From positions 1-53,279 of the IMG/VR virus record IMGVR_UViG_3300012953_000042: a stretch of 53,279 nt of DNA; one strand, written 5' to 3'. Source of the DNA: a virus (taxonomy: Duplodnaviria > Caudoviricetes). The position numbers were made by a program, and so were the translations under genes. Positions 8,769 through 20,500 of this stretch are shown here, piece by piece (the first letter of the stretch is position 1; each line of letters starts with the position of its first letter). The notes beneath the pieces are model-generated. The model did not search any database and was not told the DNA's origin. It was given only the letters and a program-made list of their open reading frames with translations.

Positions 8769-11312
8769 TTAATCTATTGTAATTGACCATCCACTTGCTC
8801 TCAGTTCATAAATTTTGTCTAACTGAGGATCACTTGGTAAAGTTGGTATACTTGCACCTATCGCAGTATTATCACGTAAGTTTATTGATACTCCACCACG
8901 TTTATAAGAAGTCCAATTATCATAAAGATCATCAACAATTTTATTTATCGATGACTGTGGTAGTTGGTTATTAGAAACATCAATGTACCTAATATTATAA
9001 AGTTCTTTAAATGATCCAACCTCATAAGCATTGAATTTATTTCTAAACAAAGCTAGATATCTCATGTTTGGACACGAAGTAAAGTCTGGTATTTTTCCTT
9101 GTATATTATTGATATGAACATACAACCTTTGAAGTTGTGGCATACTACCAAATTCACTTAGTCCAGTAAAATTATTATTATAAAGATACAAATAATATAA
9201 ACCTGATAAATTCTTTATCGGTGGTATAGTACCACTCAATTGATTATTATGAAGGTAAATGTAATTTATATTAGTATTAGTACTAAAAGTAGGTAGACCT
9301 CCAGTAAATGCATTATTACTTAAATGCAACCAACTTAAGTTACCACAATTAGTAAAGTCAGGTAATGATCCTGTAGTATTATAATAAGAATACCAATACA
9401 AATTCGTCAACTCTGGAGTAAATGTAAATGCATCTGGATGAATTGGTTTGCTATTTCCATTATAATTATTGACAGAATAAAATGTTTGTAATTTGGGTGC
9501 TCCGAGAAAAGTATCTCTTGGAAGAACAAAGTCTGTATCACTTGCTGCACTAGTTGGACCTCCACCACTCATATTATTATATCTATTATCAATATAATCT
9601 AACTTTGGATTAGTAAATTTAGGAAATGCTCCCGTAGTTTTTGCAGCGTACAAATATAATTTTGTTAACTCAGCACAGTTATCAAACTTATAAGTTCCAC
9701 TACCATTAAACCATGATCCAGCACTACGCATGTAAGAACCATGATACTCTTGGAGAGTTGCTTTATTATTCAAATCAACTAAAGGTAGACTAGTTGAATT
9801 AGTATACACCTTCTCAATAACATTACTACTTATTCCTTGATCAATATTAAAATCACTACCAGCAATATCTTGGTTGTTAAGATTATAATTACCACCTAAG
9901 TGCATAATCTTTAGTTGATCTAGATTTCTAATATTCTTAGATGTAGAAGTGTTGGTAGAATCAAATCTCCTAAAATCATTATTATAAACGTAATAATTTT
10001 CTACTGTTGGAGCAACATTAGGTACGGTAGATGTCTTACCAGTTTCTGGATGGAAGTATGCTCCACCATCTCTTCCAAGATGAAGAGTTCTTAAAGCAGT
10101 AAATCTAGTAAATATACCCTGATCAATATGACCATAAAAATTACCTGCTATATCAAGGTACTGAACAGTAGTTGGAATCTTATTAAGTATAGTGTTACCA
10201 GAACCATCTGCTATAAGTTTTCTTTCAATTGCTATCTCACTCTGGTAAAATTTATTGTTACGTAAACAAAGCTTTGTAAGTACAGGTGCTACACCACCAG
10301 CAAAGTCTGGGAAGTTTGTTATATTATTAGAATTAAGATCAAGAGATTGCATAGTAGCAAACTTCACTTCAGGCATTTCTGCAATGTTTGCACTGTTTAA
10401 TGTAAGAGAAGTAATAGAATCTGGTGGATAATATATTTCAATATTTCTTTCTCTACCTCTCGAAGAATAATAATTTATGCTATATGCATTAGGAAAGTTT
10501 GAATAATCATTTGGATTATCTGTTCTCTTAATCTTCCAACTGGGCTTGATAACACCTTTACTACCACCAGCATCTATACCTGTTACCTGTACCTCTGCAT
10601 TAAATAAATTTCTAAAAAACCCTGTAAAGGTTACAGGGATACCCTTCATTGCATAAACCCATATATCTGATCCATTAAGATTAATTCTAACTTTAGATGT
10701 AGGAATCTCAGAATCAAATTCTACCTTTTGTGGAACCATAGTTGTCTGTAACCTTGGTGTACCACTAATATTCAATCCACTAGTATTAGAAGTAGTTGCT
10801 TGAGTACCAAACTTTAAATAAGATCTGCCACTAGCACTAGGTATAATACTAATCCTTGCACCATATGAAATCGCAGCTCTCATATCTGTTTCTGCATTGG
10901 GATCAGAAGAACTCCATGCACTTACTCTTGACGTAGATATGTCTGCAATCTTTTTGGTTGCAGAGTTACCACTACCATCAACATAACGATATCTAATTGC
11001 ACTACCACTTAACCTTCCATTGATGTTCAGGTTACCAAATAAAAGACCATTAGTTCCTGCTCTCTTTTCTAAAATCGATGTAAATTGACTAGAATCATTA
11101 TTAAATCTATCAAGTCTTTTATATAATGGTTGCTTTAACCTACTAAGACTACGAAAATCATTAGAAGTAGTTGGAACTGAAGATGATTCAAAAATTATTG
11201 CTAGATCTCTTGGTTCTATTCCTATATTTCTAAGAGATGCATCAGCATCCCTTGCATCTGCAAGATACCTATTAACATCTAATCCAAATATTTTTTTATT
11301 GATAAGTGCCAT
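8769..11312 (-). CDS. Leucine-rich repeat protein
   Basis: Repeated LxxLxLxxNxxsGxIP units, e.g. LSWLHLSNNAFTGGLP, INYIYLHNNQLSGTIP, LQRLYVHINNIQGKIP. Confidence 0.85.
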   Translation of the reverse strand: MALINKKIFGLDVNRYLADARDADASLRNIGIEPRDLAIIFESSSVPTTSNDFRSLSRLKQPLYKRLDRFNNDSSQFTSILEKRAGTNGLLFGNLNINGRLSGSAIRYRYVDGSGNSATKKIADISTSRVSAWSSSDPNAETDMRAAISYGARISIIPSASGRSYLKFGTQATTSNTSGLNISGTPRLQTTMVPQKVEFDSEIPTSKVRINLNGSDIWVYAMKGIPVTFTGFFRNLFNAEVQVTGIDAGGSKGVIKPSWKIKRTDNPNDYSNFPNAYSINYYSSRGRERNIEIYYPPDSITSLTLNSANIAEMPEVKFATMQSLDLNSNNITNFPDFAGGVAPVLTKLCLRNNKFYQSEIAIERKLIADGSGNTILNKIPTTVQYLDIAGNFYGHIDQGIFTRFTALRTLHLGRDGGAYFHPETGKTSTVPNVAPTVENYYVYNNDFRRFDSTNTSTSKNIRNLDQLKIMHLGGNYNLNNQDIAGSDFNIDQGISSNVIEKVYTNSTSLPLVDLNNKATLQEYHGSYMRSAGSWFNGSGTYKFDNCAELTKLYLYAAKTTGAFPKFTNPKLDYIDNRYNNMSGGGPTSAASDTDFVLPRDTFLGAPKLQTFYSVNNYNGNSKPIHPDAFTFTPELTNLYWYSYYNTTGSLPDFTNCGNLSWLHLSNNAFTGGLPTFSTNTNINYIYLHNNQLSGTIPPIKNLSGLYYLYLYNNNFTGLSEFGSMPQLQRLYVHINNIQGKIPDFTSCPNMRYLALFRNKFNAYEVGSFKELYNIRYIDVSNNQLPQSSINKIVDDLYDNWTSYKRGGVSINLRDNTAIGASIPTLPSDPQLDKIYELRASGWSITID

Positions 11313-11315
11313 ATT

Positions 11316-14300
11316 CTATTGCTCTTTGTATGTAATAGTTGCTTCCATGTCTACTGCATCATTAACACCATCAACTCTCTTGGCAATAAGAAATGTTGAC
11401 TCTATATTATTATTATCTGGAGTAATTACAACTCTATCTGCTCCAAATACAGGACTCAAATCTATTTGTTTAGTAGTATTTTCTCCAACATACACAGTAT
11501 CTATAACTTTATACCCATCTCTTATCTTCTGTTCATTCTGTTCATCTACTAGTGCAGATGATAATCGTGTCTTCTCTTGATAATGAGTCGGAGCATCACC
11601 ACGAGTAGCATTACCACCAGCATCAGTAATAGTTGTATTAGTACTTGGAGCAACAAAGAATCTAGGACTAATTGTTCTTGAAAAATTACCAATAGTTTCT
11701 TTAACTGAGACACTATTAATAGTTGCCTTATCTAATCCTTTAAATAACATATACAATGGGAAAGGATTATAGTTAAAGAGTTTACTCACACTAATACCAC
11801 CATTTGCTGTTGCTCTTACTGGACGGAATGCCAAATTAATATTAGGAGACAATGCAGCATAAGTAGAGTCTAACCTTGAAGATATCTCAATAAAACTAAA
11901 AGTATCAGTTGTTCCACCTGCTCCTGGTTGAGTGTATGTTTTTGGTTCTCCAACATATGTAATCGACTGTATTTCTACTACAATCTTAGGATCTCCAGTA
12001 ATAGGATCAATCTCAGACAATGTTTTTTTAACTGCAACTTGACCACCACCATATTTTAAACTAGGTAATACTGAATTCTTAAGTTGCAAATAGTGCTGAG
12101 TTCCAGCCGCAGTTGGTCCTCCAGTTGCAGGATCAATTGATTTAAAACCAAGATATTCTACACCACTTATGTAAGTAGGATTAGCAATTTCAAATGTAAT
12201 CTTAGAGCATGTACCACCACCTGGATCTGAAAGAATAGGTATTCTATAATCCAATCCCATTTGTACTCGTGGGTTAGTAATTCTCCACGACTCTTCAGTT
12301 CCTTCTCCATCCTCATTCAATGCTTCCCAATCTTGATTATGTCTACCAAAAATAAATTCATCATCAGTTGGTATTACAGTTGCAGCATCAACAATACCAG
12401 TTGATGTGTCTCTAATCCATCCAGTAATCTCAGCGTTAATATCAGCAGTACCAGTAACCTGTGGTTTAATATCAGTCAAACCAATCTTAAAGTCTGCCCA
12501 ATGATTATAGTCATCTTTAGAATTTGGATTAGCAAATTGAATTTCTATTTTATTACCAGTGAATGCAAAATCAGCTACAGCAATACCACTAAACTGACTC
12601 AACCTAATTGGATGAGGATGAACATAATTAGTAGCACCACCTGAGAGTGTATGAATACCAACAGTATTTGTAACCTGATCTCTTGTTGGAGCAAGAGGTC
12701 CAAAAACATTCCTAGTAGTTAAGTTAGTAGGACCATCAAAAGACTTCACAGTAGCACTCAAATACTGACCAGCAGTAGCACTCTCACTAGAAACAGAATC
12801 AATATATGTATTGTTAATTGATGGAGAAATAATCTTTGCTCCTATATCAGCAGTAGTGAAGTAAGCAGTATTTAATGCTTGCATATTATCTGGAGAAGTA
12901 AATATAATATCTCCTGCTGCTATCGTTCTACCATTAGTTCCAACTGTAAGACCAGAAGTATGAACATGTCCAAATCCAGGACATCCCTTACACACTACAG
13001 TCTTAACCTGAGTAAGTGCTCCAGATGATATGTTTAATTGAGTAGGAATAATTAATTTCTTATTTACTATCTCTGTTCCTAAACTATTCAATATAACATT
13101 CTTTGGTTTTATAGCTAACAATGACTCACTACTTATACCAGTTATTTGTTTGATTCCACTGTTTGCAGAATACATTTGTACTGTTCCTTCATCACCACCA
13201 TCAATATAGTATGAAGCACCATACTTAGTAACAAATTGTGGTTCTCTCAATACTGATGTATCAGTAACGTTAAGTCTATAAACTAATCTAAAGTATGAGT
13301 CTACTAAACATGGTTGACTCATATAATTTTCAATTACAAGAGTGTGTATGGTAACCCACCTTGCCTCACCATTACCTGTTGGAATATATGCATAAAATCT
13401 TGCACCAATCGCACCATACCAACCAAACTCAATCTTATACATGCTGACTTGATCTGGTTGTAAAGTATATCCAGAAGGACCATTTCCATTTAATGGATCT
13501 CCATTAAAGTTATCACTGCTAATTTCAAGTACATAATGATCAGAAGAATCAAATGGATCTCCACTACTTCTACCGCCATTACTAATTTTTTTCTGATCGT
13601 ATATACTTAACCCTTGAGATTTAAGTTGTTTAGTTGGTAAAGGAATATTACTTCTACGAACAATAGATAGGTTACCTTTATTAACCATAAACACATATTG
13701 ATCTGTGTTATTAGAAATACCCCATTCAATTTGACTTCCATTTATAGATTCTTTAGAACTTTTTACACCAAAAGTGAATCCACTAATTCTACCTGGTTGA
13801 TACCTGAATACTCTTCTCGATTGTAGTTGAGCAAACTTAGTATAGTTAGAATTATATCCTGGTTTTGTATTATCTTGATCTCTATCTTCAATAAAGTTTG
13901 TCCAAGAAGGAATAAGTACTCTCTTTTTATTATTATAATCTTTTATTATTGACTGAATTTGACCAAAACTAAGTGATTTATTTGATACTGGATCAACAAA
14001 ACGAGAACCACCTTTTAATATCTCAACCCAAGTATCAGTCCATGTATCAATCTGTGCAAATGAATCTGTATATCCATTAGCATATTCTACATCAGAACCA
14101 TCAACATAAGCAATAGATCTATTTAAAAAATTATCTTTAAATGTTGATGGGTATGTATTGTATGGGGCAATTGTTGCATCATTGAATATATCATAAAGAT
14201 CATTTCCCATATTAATAAAGTTCTTATAGAAACCAAACTTAGCTTCATCATAATATCCAATTCTCTCCCAATTAGGACCGAAAGGAAAACTATATTGAAC

Positions 14301-17300
14301 AGGGAAAGATTCAAGTTTAATTCCAGACTCTTGTGTTACTTCTGATACTTTTGCTTGAAAACGATTACCATAAGTCTTATTTGCTCTGTTTTCCCAACTA
14401 CTTTGACTAGTACCAGTAGCAAATGTAAATGATTCAAACTCATCAGAATCTAATCCATAAGAAGATACATTAGAGAACAAACTAAGTTGTGTTTCTGCAC
14501 GATCAATACCAAGAAGAGTTCTACTAACCTCACTAGATTCTCTGAACTGTTCTTCTATCTTCCATACAGGATTACCAGTCTTAACATTCATTGATGCTCT
14601 TCGGAAGAACACCTGACCCAGAGCACCACTAGAAAGTTCTGACCACTCTCTACCAGTAGGTGCATCCCAAATTACTGTTGACTTTCCACCCTGAAGACTA
14701 TTTCTATCTGTCCAAGCAGTATCTGTTGCCGTAGTTGCTTCTGGGCCATGATAAAAAACTTCTTCCTCTACAACACCAACTTTATCATTCAACCACTTCT
14801 TAATGTCACTCCATGCCCATTCTCTATTGTACTGAAGTTTAGTAGCAATCAATCCACATGCTACAGGACATGCAGAACTTGTTCCACCAAATACTCTATC
14901 CTCTGATTCTAATGATGTGCTTGAACTGTAAACATAATAAGGATCATAACGATTATATTTTGTACTAGTATTAGGATCAGCAGCTGCAGGAGTGTCATCA
15001 CCACACGCAAAACAATCTACTGCATTTCCTACGTTGCTATAGTGTACTCTCCTCTCTTTCTTTGTAGACTGATGATAATCATCATCAATTGCACCGACAA
15101 TAATTGTTTTATATGTAACAGTACTATCACCATTATCCTTACCAATTTGTGCTGGATATCCTGGTCTGTTTGATGTCTTAATATATGTTCCCACACTATC
15201 AGTACCACCACTAGCACTCAGTGCAGTACTAGCAGAAGATGCATTATAGTTATTATAATCTGGATGATCACTAGTGACTATCTTTTGTCCTCTATTACTA
15301 GCAGCAACGCAAACAATTACTCCTGCATTAACACATGCATCTCCAGCTGTCTTTGCTGATCCAGAAATGTATTCATAAACATGCTTATAATCAGCATAGT
15401 TATCCATAAATGGAGGTTTACTACTATAACTTACTCCACCACTTCCAGTAGTTCCTTGTCTGAAATAATAATATCCGCTACTGTCAGCAGTTCTTCTATA
15501 ACTCCAACTATTACTTGATATAGTTGGGTCTTGTGTTCCATACTTTGGATTAACTGGTTTACATTGGTGTAGTATTTGAGTCGCATTCCAATAAGAAACA
15601 TCACTAACTGAATTAGATCCTATTGCATTACAGTGCCATTTATTTGCATTGTATGCCCAACCATGTGTCTTACCATATGCCTGTGATGCACACGGAGTGG
15701 CATGAGATCCATTTTGAGTTTGATGTGCAGTATTACTTCCATTCATCGCTGCTCTTATATATGCAGCAGGAATTGTTACTGTACCAAAATCATTATTACC
15801 CGTTGCACTACCACCATTACCAGAACTTACAAATTTTGCTGATCTATGAGTAGTACTGTTGTTCTGCCACCAGTCTCTAGCAGCTGCATCAGTAGGAACT
15901 ACAGTACCATCCCAACGAGTAGTTCTCTTTGAAGCATTTGCATCAAAGAATTCAGGATCAATATAATATGGTGCATCAAGAATAAGATCTAGTACATCGC
16001 ATATACCAGTAGCAGTATGTGTAGCATAGTCTGCATTTAATACGTTACCACCTCTATAATTAAGAGGTTTAGTTGAAGATGCAGCACCAACATTAACAAA
16101 TTCTATATGACCATACCACATGTCCTCATCACCAACAATAACATCAACACCAGAACCATCTCCAAATTGTCTTATATTTGTTCTTGCAATATCATCTGGT
16201 ACATGACCAACTGCAGGATCCATTGAACCAATAACATGTGTGGTAAGTGTACCAGGAATACTACTATAATTGCCATAACTCTCAGTAAAATTAGATAGAC
16301 CAGTGGAATTAATTCCAGCATTTGCTACTGCTCTAAATGGATCTCCCTTTCCTTGGTGTCTTGCTATCTGAAGACCTACTCTATTATTCCATGAATTATC
16401 TGGAGTTGTTTCAAAGAATTGATCATCACCACTACCTATTGTCCTCTGACTCTTCTGTACACCAGCATACCTTCTATACCTTCCTACAGGTCTTGTAGGT
16501 GTCGTCAAATCATTACTTAATATTACTCTTCCATTGTTTGTTATGTCAGCAATTTGTGTTCCTGCTGGTATTCCAGAACCATAAACAGTATCTCCTACCT
16601 TTGCTCCTCTTATACTACTAATCCCTAATTGAGTATCAACATACAATATATTTTTAGCATCTCCTATATCATTCTCCAATTTAATTACAGGATCATTTTC
16701 TGGTAGTAATCCTGATGGTGGGGTAAAACTAGCACCTCCAGTAGGCCAAACCTTTGAGGTTGAAATACCTGCCTGATTTTGATAAGTAGATAAATCATAC
16801 CACTTGCAAGTATTACTTCCACCTACTTGTACAGTATTACCAAGAGTTGTAGATAATGTATGATTACTTCCACCTGTAAGTTTTACTGTTAAATATGTAC
16901 CAAGATGATGATCCAGATCAGCATACCTAGATGCACTTCCTGTTGTTGGAGAGACCCATGAATGGTCTTCCTGTACGTAAGGAGAAGATCTATCATCAAA
17001 TACAACAGATGTAGATTGTTTTGCTGTTACAGAGGGAAGATAGAGAGTGTCAATCTCTGTGATTAATGGATTACCAAACTCATCTCTTAGTAGTTCACCA
17101 TTAGCAATGTTATATAAAAAATCTTCATTCTTTGGTACAATTTGTACTGGTCTCTTATCATCACCTAACTTTATATCTTTCTCATCAGTAAGATCATCTG
17201 GATTAATTTTATATGTTCCTGGATATGCATCACCATTAATCTGAACATACTCTACCTTCGGATGATTACGAAGGGTTTCAGCTTCAGTATCTGTTAATGA

Positions 17301-17552
17301 ATGTATACCAAAAGGAGCAGAAACCATACAATCACTGATGCAATCACATGTATCTGATGGTACATTTGTTTCTGTACTATCAGACTTTAATAGTTCTGCA
17401 TGTACAAAATCCCAACCCTCTTTATCAATACATCCAACATAATATTCTTTCTTTACGTCACCAGAAGGTTCTTTAGTTAGTGTATCTTTCTCGGCAAGAA
17501 ATGCTGTCTTTTTTGCCTCAAAATCTACCGCACTCTGATATGTACTGGGCAT
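11316..17552 (-). CDS. Large virion structural protein containing an S8 (subtilisin-like) protease and an N-terminal propeptide-like domain
   Basis: GSGVDVIVGD(475), GSH(617)ATPCAS, AASN(753), FGGTS(892)SACPVACG; I9-like EAETLRNHPKVEYVQ; C-terminal half paralogous to 17556-21521. Confidence 0.85.
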   Translation of the reverse strand: MPSTYQSAVDFEAKKTAFLAEKDTLTKEPSGDVKKEYYVGCIDKEGWDFVHAELLKSDSTETNVPSDTCDCISDCMVSAPFGIHSLTDTEAETLRNHPKVEYVQINGDAYPGTYKINPDDLTDEKDIKLGDDKRPVQIVPKNEDFLYNIANGELLRDEFGNPLITEIDTLYLPSVTAKQSTSVVFDDRSSPYVQEDHSWVSPTTGSASRYADLDHHLGTYLTVKLTGGSNHTLSTTLGNTVQVGGSNTCKWYDLSTYQNQAGISTSKVWPTGGASFTPPSGLLPENDPVIKLENDIGDAKNILYVDTQLGISSIRGAKVGDTVYGSGIPAGTQIADITNNGRVILSNDLTTPTRPVGRYRRYAGVQKSQRTIGSGDDQFFETTPDNSWNNRVGLQIARHQGKGDPFRAVANAGINSTGLSNFTESYGNYSSIPGTLTTHVIGSMDPAVGHVPDDIARTNIRQFGDGSGVDVIVGDEDMWYGHIEFVNVGAASSTKPLNYRGGNVLNADYATHTATGICDVLDLILDAPYYIDPEFFDANASKRTTRWDGTVVPTDAAARDWWQNNSTTHRSAKFVSSGNGGSATGNNDFGTVTIPAAYIRAAMNGSNTAHQTQNGSHATPCASQAYGKTHGWAYNANKWHCNAIGSNSVSDVSYWNATQILHQCKPVNPKYGTQDPTISSNSWSYRRTADSSGYYYFRQGTTGSGGVSYSSKPPFMDNYADYKHVYEYISGSAKTAGDACVNAGVIVCVAASNRGQKIVTSDHPDYNNYNASSASTALSASGGTDSVGTYIKTSNRPGYPAQIGKDNGDSTVTYKTIIVGAIDDDYHQSTKKERRVHYSNVGNAVDCFACGDDTPAAADPNTSTKYNRYDPYYVYSSSTSLESEDRVFGGTSSACPVACGLIATKLQYNREWAWSDIKKWLNDKVGVVEEEVFYHGPEATTATDTAWTDRNSLQGGKSTVIWDAPTGREWSELSSGALGQVFFRRASMNVKTGNPVWKIEEQFRESSEVSRTLLGIDRAETQLSLFSNVSSYGLDSDEFESFTFATGTSQSSWENRANKTYGNRFQAKVSEVTQESGIKLESFPVQYSFPFGPNWERIGYYDEAKFGFYKNFINMGNDLYDIFNDATIAPYNTYPSTFKDNFLNRSIAYVDGSDVEYANGYTDSFAQIDTWTDTWVEILKGGSRFVDPVSNKSLSFGQIQSIIKDYNNKKRVLIPSWTNFIEDRDQDNTKPGYNSNYTKFAQLQSRRVFRYQPGRISGFTFGVKSSKESINGSQIEWGISNNTDQYVFMVNKGNLSIVRRSNIPLPTKQLKSQGLSIYDQKKISNGGRSSGDPFDSSDHYVLEISSDNFNGDPLNGNGPSGYTLQPDQVSMYKIEFGWYGAIGARFYAYIPTGNGEARWVTIHTLVIENYMSQPCLVDSYFRLVYRLNVTDTSVLREPQFVTKYGASYYIDGGDEGTVQMYSANSGIKQITGISSESLLAIKPKNVILNSLGTEIVNKKLIIPTQLNISSGALTQVKTVVCKGCPGFGHVHTSGLTVGTNGRTIAAGDIIFTSPDNMQALNTAYFTTADIGAKIISPSINNTYIDSVSSESATAGQYLSATVKSFDGPTNLTTRNVFGPLAPTRDQVTNTVGIHTLSGGATNYVHPHPIRLSQFSGIAVADFAFTGNKIEIQFANPNSKDDYNHWADFKIGLTDIKPQVTGTADINAEITGWIRDTSTGIVDAATVIPTDDEFIFGRHNQDWEALNEDGEGTEESWRITNPRVQMGLDYRIPILSDPGGGTCSKITFEIANPTYISGVEYLGFKSIDPATGGPTAAGTQHYLQLKNSVLPSLKYGGGQVAVKKTLSEIDPITGDPKIVVEIQSITYVGEPKTYTQPGAGGTTDTFSFIEISSRLDSTYAALSPNINLAFRPVRATANGGISVSKLFNYNPFPLYMLFKGLDKATINSVSVKETIGNFSRTISPRFFVAPSTNTTITDAGGNATRGDAPTHYQEKTRLSSALVDEQNEQKIRDGYKVIDTVYVGENTTKQIDLSPVFGADRVVITPDNNNIESTFLIAKRVDGVNDAVDMEATITYKEQ

Positions 17553-17555
17553 TTA

Positions 17556-20500
17556 TCACTGCTCCTCCCAAGTGAGACTTGCTGAAATTGATGCTGATAC
17601 ATTTGATGATGTATATAACTCTGGACTATCGAATAGTGTTTGTGTAGAACCACATAGATATAAACTTTCAACCGAATCTGTTAATGGGAATGATAGATAC
17701 TCCTTATTATAATCGAAGTAAGAAGATAAATCAAACTCTTCACCAGTAGCAGGTGCATAAACACTTGCAACTATTGTTCCTGTTCCAGGAATTGGAGATC
17801 TTATTTGTGGATTAACTTTAACAGATGATAGTTGTGCTAATGTAAATTCAGTTGTTTCTGAAGATAATCCATTACCTGTAGGACTGGAGTTCTCTTCTCT
17901 TAAGAAAGGTAGATCAGTTGTTAATATAATATCATCAACAGTTGGTTCTAGTGTAGAAAAATAATATCCATCTGTCTCAATATTCTTAGTCCTATCACTT
18001 CCTCTATTTTCAAGATAACCTAAGACACTAATTGGTTTCTTACTATTATCACTCGCAAAGTATCCTCTGAACCATCCATAAGTTCCGTTGCTAGGAGGAA
18101 GAGTATCTCTGATGTACTCAGCAGCTGATGGAGTTCCAGAACTATTACCTGTTACATTAACTGTGAAACTACTTCCACTTCTAGTAACAGTAAGATGCTT
18201 ACTAAATCCATCTGCAGACGTACCACTCACAGCAGCGTCAGTATTGTCAAAGATTGGGTCTGTTGCACGAGGATATGTGTGGTTAGTAGCATGATTATCT
18301 AAAGAACAACTGAATGTTAGACCATTTAATTTAATTTCAAGTCTAGAAGAAGTTGTTGCACTATCAGGTATAGAGTCTGTACCAACTGCAGTTGCAGTCA
18401 TTACTAATTGTCCGTTAGTAGAATCATATGTTGCATTAGTAACACTATAGGTATTACCTGTATTACTTGCGTCTCTGAATACACCAACAGCAGTACCACC
18501 TGTCCATATATGAGTACCTTGATAAGATGTTAGAGGAACACTTACTTTCGTTGGTTTACCTCTCTTACCAATGTTAACTTCTGCACCTAATGTTGGACCG
18601 CCTTGAGTTCCAGATATTAATGAAGTAGTTTGGAACTTAGGTGACTTAATCATGTCCAACTTAACAAGACCAGTTGATCCTGTTGACATTCTTGTAGGAT
18701 ATACCTGTGTTCTATTTCTTACACCTTGTCCTGTGCTACTAACAATTTCATCTCTACACTTAAGTCCTATCAATGGAGTAGGACGATTTGAAATAATATT
18801 AACAGTACCACCAGAACCAGAATTTAATGGTGCATTTAAATATAATCTTCTATTAGAAGTATCAACATAAGTAACTTCTATATTTTGATCTAAAGGATCT
18901 CCTGTCTGAACTTTTGAACCAATATAATAAGTACTAGACAATCCAGATTGAGAACCTGCAGTAAGGAATGGTGCAGTTGCATTAGTTGCATTAACTCCTA
19001 AAGTTACGTTAGTATTTCCTGATCCAACAATAAATGTTCTCTTAGATCCATAGATATCTATATTTGTAGGAGTAGAATAACTGAATAGTTTTACAGTACC
19101 TCTGTCTCCACCATCAATGTAGTATGAAGCACCATACTTAACAATATGTTCTGATGCAGAAGAAACATCATCAGTAGGAAGTCTTTTATCATTTGTATAT
19201 CCAAAACGATCTTGAGTACCACCACCGTAACACATGTATGTAATTGGTAGTGTTGCATTACCTAGAGAAGCGACCTTCAACTGGTTAGATGCTCTCAAAT
19301 GGTGTACACGTACCCAACGTGCTTCTCCAGAACTTATAGGGACATATGCAAGGAATAGAGCACCAACAGCACCATACCATGAGAATTCGATCTTGTACAT
19401 GGTAACTTTATCGAATTCAAGGTTCCAAATACTTGTATCATCTGATGGAGCACCAGTATCTGCATTTAAAACGCTCTGACCTGCTCTTGCATTAGGTGTT
19501 ACATCACTGTAAAGTAACTTATCTGTAGTACCATCTAATCTATCTCCACTAAATCTTGAACGTGGAATACGATACTCATAAACATTCCAATAATCTTTAG
19601 CAACGTTCTGATTAATCCAGTTATCATAGTAACTATTAACAGCATCAATCTGACCTTTTAATGTAGTAAGAGAACTACCATCAGATGTGTTTAAAGTACT
19701 ATCAATATAACCTTCTTCGTTATTCTCATTATCTTTATACATGTAAGGGAACATACCTGTTCCAGCTGTAGCAGTTGTTGCTGCACCAGTCTTTAGACTT
19801 GCATTACCATAACGTTTTCTAGAAGCATTAATTGATGCAGGACTAATTGGTTGAATGAATGGTACAGGAGTTATCATAAAATGTGATGTGATACCAACTG
19901 TATCCTCTGATCCATTACTATGTCCAACCTTAAGTAATCCTGTTTCACCTGCAGGACATCCAGTTGTGACATCAAGATAATCACCAGAAACAGTTGTTGC
20001 AGTTGCATCAAAAGTATTGAATGTTGCTGTAGTAATACCTGTTGTAGTATTAATACCGATATGTCTTACCTTAAATATTTGTCCGTCTCTATCTGATGCT
20101 GGGCCAAGACCTGTAATGATTCCGACATTTGGGCCCTTAGAATACGAAACATGTTGTCCAGTAGATAGACCAACTGCCCAACCATTTGGTACATGAGAAG
20201 CATGAGGGGATGAACCAGCAGAATCTGTCTTTCCTGAATAATAATATGTCTGTACCGTAGAAACACCAACATTAACTTTAAATGATGTAGCATCAGGAAT
20301 TTCAATGATATTATATTCTTTCTTATTATTAGGATATTTCTTAATAAGACTGTAATTAAGAGTTCCCGTTCCATCATTACCAGAATAACTATAACGACAG
20401 GTCATAGCAATACCTGCCAATGTTATATACTGACCATCATTAAATCCGTGAGCTCCGTTGGTTGTAACAACCATGATACCAGTATTGATATCATAAACTG

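Noticed and set aside
14650-16480. Insert in the 2078-aa protein as an intein
   Set aside because: No C/S-start with HN-end splice motifs and no LAGLIDADG; it has an S8 triad instead
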